Positions 29,945 through 39,802 of a stretch of 64,000 nucleotides of DNA are shown here, piece by piece. The notes under the pieces are model-generated. The model had not been told where the DNA came from and made no database searches. It saw nothing but the letters and a program-made list of their open reading frames with translations. This DNA is from Candidatus Latescibacterota bacterium. GTDB taxonomy: Bacteria > Latescibacterota > UBA2968 > UBA8231. Position 1 is the first letter of the stretch. Each line of letters begins with the position of its first letter. The stretch is taken from positions 2,656,001-2,720,000 of the forward strand of contig OY730476.1 of NCBI GenBank assembly GCA_963422735.1, read 5' to 3'. The translations under genes were made by a program, and so were the position numbers.

Positions 29945-30900
29945 ATGAGAAGATACGCAGGATTGTCCATCTTGTGCGCTTGCTTCTGTCGTCGCTGCCG
30001 AGGCACAGGTGCGATATCGGGAAGTCGCCCAAGAGACCGGGATTGACTTCCAGTGCTACAACAGCGCCCAAGGCGAATACTACCCTTTGGCGCGGCGTTC
30101 TTTGACGCCGCTGGAGATGGCTGGCAGTATCTCTACCTAATCAATGGTGCCCATCTTTCGGACCCCCTTCCCCCGACCCCGCCCATCAGCTGCTTCTATC
30201 GCAACGCTGGCGATGAGACTTTCGCCGATCTCAGTGTCGAGTCCGGGGCTGGCGACCGAGGCTACGGCATGGGATGTGCGGCAGGCGACTACGACAACGA
30301 TGGGGATCAAGGCTTCTACGCGATCAACTTCGGCCCCAATGTGCTGTTGAGCAATGGCGGCGGCGGGCACTTTGCGGACGTCACCCAAGCCGCCGGTGTG
30401 GGCGACGGGCACTGGGGCACCAGCACCGGATTTTTGGACTTCGACAACGATGGGGATTTGGACCTTTTTGTAGTCAATTATGTGCATTTCAGCTTGAAGA
30501 GCAATATCCAGTGCAAGCAGGGGGCGATTCGCTGCACCTACGCGCCCATTGGGGATGTGTTCTACCGCAATGATGGGGTGCGCTTTGTCGATGTGACCAA
30601 GAGAATGGGAATCCATGCGATGGAACGGGGGTTGGGCGTGGCCTTTGCAGACAGCGACTTGGACGGCGATACGGATACTTACGTGGCCAACGATGGTACG
30701 CCGAATTTTCTCTACGAAAACCGAGGGGTGCGCTTTGTCGAGAGCGGACTGTGCGCCGGGGTGCAATACAATGAAGATGGGCACGCCGAAGCCGGTATGG
30801 GCGTTGACTTCGGCGATTTTGACAACGACGGGTACACCGATCTTCTCGCAACCAACACGCTCTACTGGAACTATGGCCGGGGCCGCTTTGCCAACTCGTC
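29945..30900 (+). pseudogene. CRTAC1/FG-GAP family gene, frameshifted and truncated
   Basis: DYDNDGD repeats; N-terminus (AQVRYREVAQETGIDF) lies in another frame; no UnbV C-terminus; resembles 56640-57560. Confidence 0.75.
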
Positions 30901-31544
30901 CGTATTGACGGGCTAGAGCGATTGGAGGCGATAGAGGGGCAGGTACTCGTCGTCGGCAATGGAGCGCTAAAAAGTCTGCTAGGCTTGGAGGGCATCAAAT
31001 GCCTGAAGGGCGGGCGGGCCATAGAGCGCAATCGGGCGTTGCAAGCGTTGGAGGGACTGCACGAGGTGGAAAGCGTCGGGGGTAAACTGGCCATAGTCGG
31101 CAATGGGTCGCTGGTCAATTTGCAGGGCTTGCGCCGCCTCAAAATCGCGGGGGATGGGCTACTGCTCGCAGGCAACGAGGCGTTGGGCAGCGTCGAGGGA
31201 TTGGATGCCCTAACCCACCTAGGAGGCGATCTGATCATCCGCAATAACAACGCACTAAAGACGCTGAGTGAGTGGTGCGCGGGAATCTGCTCTTGGAGCG
31301 GAACGGTGCCTTGGCCGACGCGGTTGGGTTGGGCGAACTCAGGACTATTGGAGGCCATTTATTTGTCCAATTTAACGAAAAATTGCAGGGTTTATCGAGC
31401 TTGGCAACGCTAGAAAAAATAGGTGGTCGGCTGGGCATTAGAGCCAATAGGAACCTGCCGAGTGCCAAAGCTAAAGCCCTAGCGGAGCGTTTGATCGCCG
31501 GTGGGTTTACGGGCGAGATCCGGATTGAAGCCAACCAACCCTAG
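30901..31544 (+). pseudogene. Receptor L-domain/LRR protein fragment, frameshifted
   Basis: LxGLxxLxxVGGxLxIxxN repeats split over ORFs 30922..31413 and 31272..31544; paralogous to 44451..45485. Confidence 0.75.
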
Positions 31545-31633
31545 CCGCTATACGTTGCCGGATTTTGGTTGCTGTGTCTTTTCGTATTTCATACAGTTAC
31601 TTGCCTTGGCCCAGAGAAATCGAGTCAGAAGAT

Positions 31634-33919
31634 ATGCCAATCATGCTACAATCCGAGGCAGGTCGAAAGGAACACAGGCGACGACAGATCGCGCTTAGGG
31701 CACTTTTCCTGTTCTCAGTTCTCGGAGGATTGAGTTATCATACACCGGTTGGTGCCCAAATGGAGGTCGTCCAACTGGGGGGCGAGGGTGGGGTATCTTG
31801 GGAGAGTGGCGGCGGGGAGATTCCGGCCTTAGTAATCCTCGACCCGGTGACCGTCGATCAGTCCAATGCACCCGGCGGCGTCATAGACTTTGCTCCCTTT
31901 GAGCGCGCACATTGGATTTTTCCGCAGCAGGCCGATACGACGGACAACATATTGATCGGCGTCAACTCTAAGGAGCGCGGGGGCAGCGTCATCACGCCCA
32001 TCCCCTCCTTCCGCTTTCTCGAAGCCGACTTTCCCCAAATGTTCGACGACGACGGAAATACCGCCTTAGCGGTGAAATCTTCGGGCACGGGGGGAACCGG
32101 GGCCTTTGGCCTACTCATCGAATTCGACTTGGGGGCCATCTTTGGCGTCAATCGGTTCAAGTTTTTTCCGCGCAATGCCGATCCGGCCTTTCCGGCCCCG
32201 GATTTCCAGTCCCAAGACGACTTTTTGAAGGGCTACGAAATTTTCGTCAATGACGGCCAACCCGAATCGCGCCGCGAGGGCAGTCTGATCTGGGAAACTG
32301 TCGCCTTTGAGGGGCAGAACCAAGAAGCGGTGGTGGATGTGCGAATCCCCACCCGCTTCGTGCGATTTTTGCGGCTCAAATCCCTGACGGCCGCGGACTT
32401 TGAGATCTCCGAGTTCCAAGTATTTAGCGAGGGCTTTGTGCCGCAGGCCGTGTACATTTCCAACGTATTCGACTTTGGCGACCAAGCGCTTTTGGGCCGT
32501 TTGCGCTGGGTTGAAGAGCAGGTGGGCGATCCAACCCGCTCTAGGGTGCAGGTCCGTACCCGCACTGGGGACGATCCCCAGCCGGTCGAGTTTACCCGGA
32601 TTGGCAAGCAATCCTCCGGCCGAGTTGAGCAGCGGGGCGATACCGTTTTTGACATCCCCATCGACGCGCCTTGGAAGAGGGCCGAAGGTGTAGAAGACAG
32701 CGAACTCAAAAGCCTGATCGCCAATGTCCTCGACAACGAAGAGATGGACGGACGCGAGGCGCTTTTGACCTTTGGCCAGTTGCCTTTTGCACAGCGGTCT
32801 CAGATCACCCTCCACGAGGCGGACTACAACAAATTGGGGAGCGACCAAAAATCGGTGATTCGCGAAGACCTCACTAATTGGAGCCCTTGGTCCCCCCCCT
32901 ACTCGCCCGAGGGTATTGTCGCCCCAGATCAACTTCAGGTGCAAGGATCGGGGACGCTGATCGCATCGCCTAGCCCGCGGCGCTATTTTCAAGTTATGAT
33001 CGAATTCTTCAACGCCGATGTCGATGCGGCTACTGGCATCGGCGGGGTGGCTTGGGATGTTTTCCGGCCCATCTTCGCCGACTCCCTCATCGCCGAGATC
33101 CTGCCCCGCACCGCCGTTCTAGGCCAAGCCACCCGCTTCACGTATGGCATACTGGTCAAATCCACTCCCCAGAATGCGGGTTTTGACCGCTTTGAAATCA
33201 GCACACCGCTGCGCACCGAGTCGATTGGCCTAGTGGAAATACGCCGGCCCGACGGCACGGCAGAAACTGCGGATTTTTCCGGCTCGTCCCTTGCAGTGCT
33301 CCCGGTCGAGCAGAATGGCTTTAGCGTGGTGGCCGTGCGCGACGACGGCTTTGTCATGGCCTTGCCGCGAATTGAAGGGGATGGGGTGCTTTTGACCTTA
33401 GAGTTTGAAAATACGGTCCTGCGCCTAGGGACTCGCTTTGCCGGCCGGGCACTCAACGCCGACAATGAGGTGCTGGGCCAAGTGGTGTTGGCCGGTAATG
33501 CCGCGGATTTGAGCCGGGAAGGCGTAGATGATCCCGACCGCAAAGCCGTGGGCACCCTCGATCCAGAAAACCTCTTTGTCAACGTGCCAATAACCGACGA
33601 ACTGCTAGTGAATGTGGCGGCCGTCCCCAGCGTTTTTACCCCCAATGGCGATGGGGTCAACGAGCGGGCGGCCATTACCTACGATATCACCAACATAGCC
33701 CACCCGACCCGGGTGCAGCTCAGGATCTACGATTTGAGTGGCCGGCTGATCCGCAACCTCTACGAAGGCTTGGACTTGAGTGGTCGATTTATCCGCTTTT
33801 GGGACGGACGCGACGATGGGGACAACGCGGTACCGCCGGGCCACTATGTCTTTTTTGTTGCTTTGGATGCGGGGACCGGAGAGGAGAAGCGGTTAGGGGT
33901 TGTCGGGGTAGCGTATTGA
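31634..33919 (+). CDS. Large secreted discoidin-like protein with FTPNGDGVN/FlgD-Ig C-terminal domain (paralogue A2)
   Basis: EFDLGAIF, EISEFQVFSEGF, RTRTGDD, WSPWSPPY, SPSPRRY, FTPNGDGVN, WDGRDDGD..VPPGHY; start codon uncertain. Confidence 0.8.
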   Translation: MPIMLQSEAGRKEHRRRQIALRALFLFSVLGGLSYHTPVGAQMEVVQLGGEGGVSWESGGGEIPALVILDPVTVDQSNAPGGVIDFAPFERAHWIFPQQADTTDNILIGVNSKERGGSVITPIPSFRFLEADFPQMFDDDGNTALAVKSSGTGGTGAFGLLIEFDLGAIFGVNRFKFFPRNADPAFPAPDFQSQDDFLKGYEIFVNDGQPESRREGSLIWETVAFEGQNQEAVVDVRIPTRFVRFLRLKSLTAADFEISEFQVFSEGFVPQAVYISNVFDFGDQALLGRLRWVEEQVGDPTRSRVQVRTRTGDDPQPVEFTRIGKQSSGRVEQRGDTVFDIPIDAPWKRAEGVEDSELKSLIANVLDNEEMDGREALLTFGQLPFAQRSQITLHEADYNKLGSDQKSVIREDLTNWSPWSPPYSPEGIVAPDQLQVQGSGTLIASPSPRRYFQVMIEFFNADVDAATGIGGVAWDVFRPIFADSLIAEILPRTAVLGQATRFTYGILVKSTPQNAGFDRFEISTPLRTESIGLVEIRRPDGTAETADFSGSSLAVLPVEQNGFSVVAVRDDGFVMALPRIEGDGVLLTLEFENTVLRLGTRFAGRALNADNEVLGQVVLAGNAADLSREGVDDPDRKAVGTLDPENLFVNVPITDELLVNVAAVPSVFTPNGDGVNERAAITYDITNIAHPTRVQLRIYDLSGRLIRNLYEGLDLSGRFIRFWDGRDDGDNAVPPGHYVFFVALDAGTGEEKRLGVVGVAY

Positions 33920-33944
33920 TATTGGGCGGGGGAGTTCCCTCGCG

Positions 33945-36764
33945 ATGAATTTTACCATGCAGAATTGGGAGGGTGCGGCATTGAATGTCCGCGGAGCAAA
34001 TTTAACTATTGGGCTGGTACTGTTGGTCGCGTTCCAAGCCGTGCTCCACGCCCAAAACTACGGCACCCGCCTAGGGATCCAGCGCGGCGGCAAAGTTAGT
34101 TTTGAGCCCCGGGGCCCAGGCGTACTCTTTGGATCCCTCGATCCCGCCGTACAGAAGTGGTATGTTCCCCAAGAACTCTACTACGAGTTCAGGTGGCGCC
34201 AATGGGAGTACTCCAACTACGCCCGCGACCAGTACCAGCGCTATATCAACACCAACCTAGAAGGCGACTACTTCTACGACTTTTTCGGCAACTACATCAA
34301 CCGCGGCTGGCTGGTGTACGACTGGCGCCAAGACCAGCCCCAAGAGCTGGGCAGCGGCATCTTCAAGGGCCGCCAATTCGAGCAGTTCTTCAGCTCGGTG
34401 ACCGTAAGCGGCGACTCCAAGGGCCAGTACTCCTACGCCATTACCGTGGGCAACGCGATCCGCACCACCCTCACGCCGATGACCTTTTCCAAGCCGAATT
34501 TCAACGGAGTCCAGATCGACTTCGCCTCGGACAAATACGCCGCCACCGTGCTGGCCTCGCGGATCAATGATCCGGCCGTGGGCGTGACCATCAATCCTAG
34601 ACGGCAATCCAATTCGACCTCCCTGTTCGGTGGCCGGGCCCTCGCTCAGGTGGGTGATTTTGTTACTGTGGGCGGGACCGTGGTCAACGCCCACAACGCC
34701 AATACCGCCTTGGACATGTTCGAAGGCAATCTGCTAGCGGGGAATCTCACCTCGGGCCAGACCAGTACGCCGGTTACTGCCATAGCTATCGTCCTCAGCG
34801 ATGACAGCCCCGAGGACGAGGAGGGCGGCGCGGCTCTTTTCAGCCACGATATACGCATCAAGAGCCGCGATTTCGAGACGGGTTTAGAAACGCTCTCAAC
34901 GTTGGACAAGGTAGTGCGCGAGGGAGCGGAGTGGCCGACCGTATTTGGCGGCTTTCCGCGCACTGGCTTTTTGGCCGCCGACGGCACTGAGCGAATCATC
35001 CTCAATTACGACTTTACGGACCCAGCGTATGTCGGGCCGGACTTAACCTCCATAGTCGAGGTGGAATTCGACTATGTGCTGGCCAACGACTTCAAGGTCG
35101 AAATGTGGTCCAATCTGCAGACTGGCACGCGCCCGGTGCCGCCGCCACCGCTGACCAACCAAGTCATTGAAGAAGCCGAGCCGGTACTCATCGACATAAG
35201 GCGGGCTGCCGGCAATATAAAGGATATATCCAACGCCCAGCGAATTCTTTTCAACTACGGCTTGCCCTCGGCCAATATGGTGGCCGGATTCACCATTGAG
35301 GGCAAGAACGTGTGGGGCTTTGATTTCTACGGCGAATGGAACAACAACCTGCGCTATTTCCAGTACCCTAATGCCGCCCTTTTCAACGCCAACGAAGGGC
35401 ACGAGGTCTCTACGGAGAGCGGTCAGGCGACCATCTTCAACCTGTCCAAAGAGGCCTACCCGTTTTTTGCTTATGGTGAAGCTTACTCGGTGGATGCCGA
35501 CTATTCGACCTCGGCTTTTGTCTCCTTGCCCCAAGGGGATGTTTTCTACGACGATCCCATACGCTCAGTGTACGAATTTGTCGCCGACAACGACGACCAA
35601 GACCGCCAGCCCGACTGGGCCCGGGTAGGCTCGCAGTCGAACGACCGGGAGGTGTTTCCCGGCTGGGACGAAAACCTCGACTTCATTTCGGACTTCAACC
35701 AGAACGACAACCGCTCGGTGCCCAATTCCATTCCCGACTATGAAGAGCCGTTTTTGCGCTATCACGTCGATCGGCCCGAACTCCTCTTTGGCATTGACCT
35801 CAACAACAACGGCTGGATCGACCGTTTTGAGGACGACGAGTTGGCTGACTATCCCTACAAGCCCGACCGGCGCGGGTACAATGTCTTTTTTGGCGTTCAT
35901 CTCTTCCCAGAGGCGCGCTTGCTGGTAGGGCAGCTCGACGAGCGCATGCTATCGGACGATCGGGACAACCGAACTGCGTATGCCATGTTCACCCTCGACA
36001 AGGACTACCCCGATTTGGGGCGGGTGCGGGTCTTCGATATGCTCAAGCGGGTCGCGGACACCGTCCCCGACCCCCGGCGGGCACCGCTGCCCTTCCTTGA
36101 CGCGCCCACGCCGCCGCTGGTATCGGATATGCTGGTCTTTCCCGATACCTATATCAATACCGCGTGGTTGGGGGTGGACTACACCGGCATTTCCAATTTC
36201 GAGATCGTCAACAAACTCAAATACGAGCGTTACAACCAGGTTCAAGACGAATCCCGCGACATCGACGGCCGGATACTCGCTAGTTCGCCCTTCCTCTTGG
36301 GCGTGATCAACAAATTCGAGTACAAGCTGCACCTAGGCCATTTTATTCTACAGCCGAGGCTCAAAAGTGAGTACTTCCGCCAAGACGCCTTTGTGCTGGC
36401 CGAAGAAGACCTAAAACAATGGACTGGGATTGTCTCGCTTTTGGCCCAAGTGCCCCTACTCAACAGCAGCGTAGTTGACTTCGGGGTGGAGTTGGCTCAG
36501 TTCAACGAGCTGGTGCAGCAGGAGGAGGATATGGTCGAGCAGGGGATCGCCGAAGAGACCGGGGATTTGCGCTCTACTGTTTTTGCGGTGCAGCTAACCA
36601 ACAACTCGAACTATTTGGGTTACAAGCTAACGACGCAACTCGGCCTACGCATCGGCCACACTTTCACCGAGGCGGTGCGGGAGGTTGAACCCCGGGTCTT
36701 CGACAAGCGCATCAAAGGTCGGACCGAGACCACTAGCTTTATCACCATCTACGCCGGATTGTAA
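33945..36764 (+). CDS. Uncharacterised ~940-aa exported protein, possible outer-membrane beta-barrel with acidic Ca-binding loops (paralogue B1)
   Basis: Signal peptide ending VLHA; alternating hydrophobic strands in the C-terminal third; DNDDQD, DENLD, DLNNNG loops. Confidence 0.7.
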   Translation: MNFTMQNWEGAALNVRGANLTIGLVLLVAFQAVLHAQNYGTRLGIQRGGKVSFEPRGPGVLFGSLDPAVQKWYVPQELYYEFRWRQWEYSNYARDQYQRYINTNLEGDYFYDFFGNYINRGWLVYDWRQDQPQELGSGIFKGRQFEQFFSSVTVSGDSKGQYSYAITVGNAIRTTLTPMTFSKPNFNGVQIDFASDKYAATVLASRINDPAVGVTINPRRQSNSTSLFGGRALAQVGDFVTVGGTVVNAHNANTALDMFEGNLLAGNLTSGQTSTPVTAIAIVLSDDSPEDEEGGAALFSHDIRIKSRDFETGLETLSTLDKVVREGAEWPTVFGGFPRTGFLAADGTERIILNYDFTDPAYVGPDLTSIVEVEFDYVLANDFKVEMWSNLQTGTRPVPPPPLTNQVIEEAEPVLIDIRRAAGNIKDISNAQRILFNYGLPSANMVAGFTIEGKNVWGFDFYGEWNNNLRYFQYPNAALFNANEGHEVSTESGQATIFNLSKEAYPFFAYGEAYSVDADYSTSAFVSLPQGDVFYDDPIRSVYEFVADNDDQDRQPDWARVGSQSNDREVFPGWDENLDFISDFNQNDNRSVPNSIPDYEEPFLRYHVDRPELLFGIDLNNNGWIDRFEDDELADYPYKPDRRGYNVFFGVHLFPEARLLVGQLDERMLSDDRDNRTAYAMFTLDKDYPDLGRVRVFDMLKRVADTVPDPRRAPLPFLDAPTPPLVSDMLVFPDTYINTAWLGVDYTGISNFEIVNKLKYERYNQVQDESRDIDGRILASSPFLLGVINKFEYKLHLGHFILQPRLKSEYFRQDAFVLAEEDLKQWTGIVSLLAQVPLLNSSVVDFGVELAQFNELVQQEEDMVEQGIAEETGDLRSTVFAVQLTNNSNYLGYKLTTQLGLRIGHTFTEAVREVEPRVFDKRIKGRTETTSFITIYAGL

Positions 36765-39676
36765 TGGGGATGAGGGCGCGTTACATCACATTGGCTGCTC
36801 TGGCCGGGCTGAGTCTGTGGGGGGTAGCCGCTGCTCAAATCGACTATGGGGGCCGTCTGGGGGATCGGGTGGGAGATCGCGTCATTTACTACGTGCCCGG
36901 CGTTTCTACTTATATAGAGGCACTGGACCCGACCGTGCAGCGCTGGTACATGCCGGCTCCGCTCTTTGGCGAATTCGGCCGCGATCAGTGGGAGTACACC
37001 AACTACGCCCGCCAAGCCCACAAGCGCTATATCGACCCCTCGTCCGAGGGGGATCTCTTCTACGATCCCTTCGGTCGCCTCATTACGCGAGGTTGGCTGG
37101 TGTACGACTGGCGCCAGACAAAACCACTAATCGCCGAGAGTTCCTCCGTCAGAAAAGGTGCCCAGTACAACAACTGGTTTAGCCGCTTGGTTATATCCGG
37201 GGACACCAAGGGCCAGTATCGCTATTCGATTATGGTCGGAGACGAGATATGGACTACTCTAACGCCGATGACCTTCCGCAAGGCGGGGTTCAACGGGGTA
37301 ATAGCCGACTTTGCCGCAGACCGCTTTCGCGCCACCGGGCTTTTCTCGCGGATTTCGTTCCCGCTCCTTTCTGGGGGCACTGCACGCTTCCAGTACGCGA
37401 CCAACCTCACAGCGGGCCGGGTAGAAGCCGATTTGACCGATTCTTTTACGTTGGGGATGAACTTCGTCAACAGCCACAACAACACCGGCAGCAACGAGAG
37501 CTTCCAAGGGAATGTGTTCAAGGGCGCCCTGACGGCAGGGCAACTGGCCCAGCGGGTTGACCTGCTCTTGGTGAGGCTCTCGGACGACTCGCCAGAAGAC
37601 GGCGAGGGTGGTGCTGTCTTGGTTGGCGAGGAGATCGAGATCCGCACCACCCTAAGCCGTCAGGAGATGGTTCGGGACCAGATGGTCCACGTGGAGCGGG
37701 ATACCGTCATCCTCAGCAGCAGTATCGGCTTTAGACCGGCTATTGAAGGGGGGAGACGAGACCGAGGGTTTCTAACGGCCAATGGTGCGGACCAGATCAT
37801 TTTGCAATATCCCTTAACCCCCCGGGAGACAACCGGGGAAGAGGGAACCTTGCGGGCGCTCTTCCAGCAACACCTAGATCTCACCCTATCTGAAGCCGAA
37901 GCCGCGATTAGCTCCATTCGAGACGTGCGCTTCCGCCTCGTGCTAGCTAACGACTATCGAGTTGAGGTCAGTTCCAATAGACAGACGGACGAATTTGGTG
38001 TGCCTCAATTTTTACCCGCGGCGCGGGCCGATGGCAATATCAAGAACCAGTTGAACCAGCGCGAGGTCGTCTTCGACTATGGACTGCCTACGGCCAACCA
38101 GATCGTCGGCTTGACGGCCGAGGTCCGGGATTTTCACGGCTTCGATTTTTACGGGGAGATAAACCTCAATACCCAGTACCGAAAATACCCCAGCATAGGC
38201 CGCGATTCCCACCGTGCGATCAACGGCATCGCGGGGGACCGCCATGAAGTAGGCTGGTTGGTCAATCTGGCCTTCCGGGAGGGCCCTTGGAAGCTTTATG
38301 GCGAAGGGTTCGGCATGGAAGACGGGTACCGCACCAGCGTCCTGACGGTAAATCGAGACGGGGTGTCGGACTACGCCCCCGAGGCCGTCAACCTGCACTA
38401 CGAGTTTGTAGATGACAACGACGACAACGACCGGCAGCCCGACTGGCTGCGAGTGGGCGAGGGCAGCTTTGTCCCCACCGAGCGCCGCAGCGAGATTGAG
38501 GTTCGCGGCGTGGCCGATCCGGCGGTTTTTCCCGGTTATGACGAGAATCGCGACTTTATATCGGATTTCAACCAGAATAGCACCGTCGATCGGGTAAATT
38601 TTTTTCCCGACTACGACGAGCCTTTTTTGCGCTATGCCGCGGATCGCCCAGAATTTCTCTTCGGCATTGATCTCAACAACAATGGATGGGTGGAACGCTT
38701 TGAGAACGATCAAGAGCCGGATTATCCCTACAAGCGAGACCACTGGGGCTACAATCTCTTCGGCGGGATCGAAGTGGCACCGGGTATCCAGCTACGGGTG
38801 GGTCAGTTGCGGCAAATCCGCTTGGCGAGCGGCCGCCGCAACCTGACTAGCTATGGAATGTTCACCTTGAAACAGAGTGGGCCGAGGTGGGGCCGTCTGC
38901 GGGTTTTCGACATGATTAAGAAGGCCGAGGACGAGATCGCCGACCACTTGGTCCAATGGCTCATCCCTAAGAGCACATTCGGCGCAGCGGCCGAGTCGGC
39001 CGGCAGCAATGTTCCGGTATTAGACCCCTTGGCCGCGGAGGACACTTGGATCAACACTTTTTACGCCGACTGGGAGTACGCCAGCCCGCGTTTGTGGCGG
39101 ACCCTACATCGCTTCAAATGGGAGACTTGGCGGCAGCGCGACAATGAGGTCGAATTTTTGCGCGATACACCGGATGAGGCGGTGGCCTTTGATCCTCTAG
39201 GCCCTGAGGGGCGCAACGGACGACAGACCTCGGGCTTTGTCGGGCTGATCAATAAGATAGAATATGTCTTTTACTGGCGGTCGCTGAGTTTCAGGCCCAA
39301 ACTCAAGAGCGAATTCCTGCGCGAGGTGCCCTTTAGCCGAGCATTCGACAAGCGCCGCTCTTGGGACGGCCTCTTTTTCTTTGTCGGTAGCGTTCCAGTG
39401 CTCAAGACTACCGAGTTCGAGTTCGGCTTGGAGCAGCGCTCTTTCTTCGACCTTGAAGGAGGAGAGGACGAACTGGCGGCGGGGCTTTTCACCGGGGATT
39501 TTCGCGGTTCGGTTTTGGCGTTGCAACTTACCAATATCAGCCAATATCTAGGCTATGAGCTAACCACTCAGGTGGGCATCCGCCTCGATCGCCGCTCGTT
39601 GGAAGTAATTGACCGGAGCCGAGAGATCGAGACCTCGGGCTTGAGCTTTCTGTCGATCATCGCCGGCTTAAAGTGA
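36764..39676 (+). CDS. Uncharacterised ~970-aa exported protein, tandem paralogue of 33945..36764 (paralogue B2)
   Basis: Shares RGWLVYDWRQ, TTLTPMTF, LSDDSPED, FISDFNQN, FGIDLNNNGW, QLTN...YLGY.LTTQ; start overlaps the upstream TAA. Confidence 0.7.
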   Translation: MGMRARYITLAALAGLSLWGVAAAQIDYGGRLGDRVGDRVIYYVPGVSTYIEALDPTVQRWYMPAPLFGEFGRDQWEYTNYARQAHKRYIDPSSEGDLFYDPFGRLITRGWLVYDWRQTKPLIAESSSVRKGAQYNNWFSRLVISGDTKGQYRYSIMVGDEIWTTLTPMTFRKAGFNGVIADFAADRFRATGLFSRISFPLLSGGTARFQYATNLTAGRVEADLTDSFTLGMNFVNSHNNTGSNESFQGNVFKGALTAGQLAQRVDLLLVRLSDDSPEDGEGGAVLVGEEIEIRTTLSRQEMVRDQMVHVERDTVILSSSIGFRPAIEGGRRDRGFLTANGADQIILQYPLTPRETTGEEGTLRALFQQHLDLTLSEAEAAISSIRDVRFRLVLANDYRVEVSSNRQTDEFGVPQFLPAARADGNIKNQLNQREVVFDYGLPTANQIVGLTAEVRDFHGFDFYGEINLNTQYRKYPSIGRDSHRAINGIAGDRHEVGWLVNLAFREGPWKLYGEGFGMEDGYRTSVLTVNRDGVSDYAPEAVNLHYEFVDDNDDNDRQPDWLRVGEGSFVPTERRSEIEVRGVADPAVFPGYDENRDFISDFNQNSTVDRVNFFPDYDEPFLRYAADRPEFLFGIDLNNNGWVERFENDQEPDYPYKRDHWGYNLFGGIEVAPGIQLRVGQLRQIRLASGRRNLTSYGMFTLKQSGPRWGRLRVFDMIKKAEDEIADHLVQWLIPKSTFGAAAESAGSNVPVLDPLAAEDTWINTFYADWEYASPRLWRTLHRFKWETWRQRDNEVEFLRDTPDEAVAFDPLGPEGRNGRQTSGFVGLINKIEYVFYWRSLSFRPKLKSEFLREVPFSRAFDKRRSWDGLFFFVGSVPVLKTTEFEFGLEQRSFFDLEGGEDELAAGLFTGDFRGSVLALQLTNISQYLGYELTTQVGIRLDRRSLEVIDRSREIETSGLSFLSIIAGLK

Positions 39677-39683
39677 TTTTTAC

Positions 39684-39712
39684 TTGACCGTATAAGTTGT
39701 TTTTGTTATAAC
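39684..39712 (+). promoter_or_regulatory. Near-consensus sigma70 promoter internal to the cluster
   Basis: TTGACC-N17-TATAAC in an AT-rich gap; AGGAGG RBS at about 39790. Confidence 0.7.
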
Positions 39713-39802
39713 AGAGCGTTAGAAACGCCTTTGCTAATTTCGACCGTCGCATTACCGTACCTAACCTTCAAAACCCCACACCTCTAAAAAGGAGGGTTCG
39801 CT

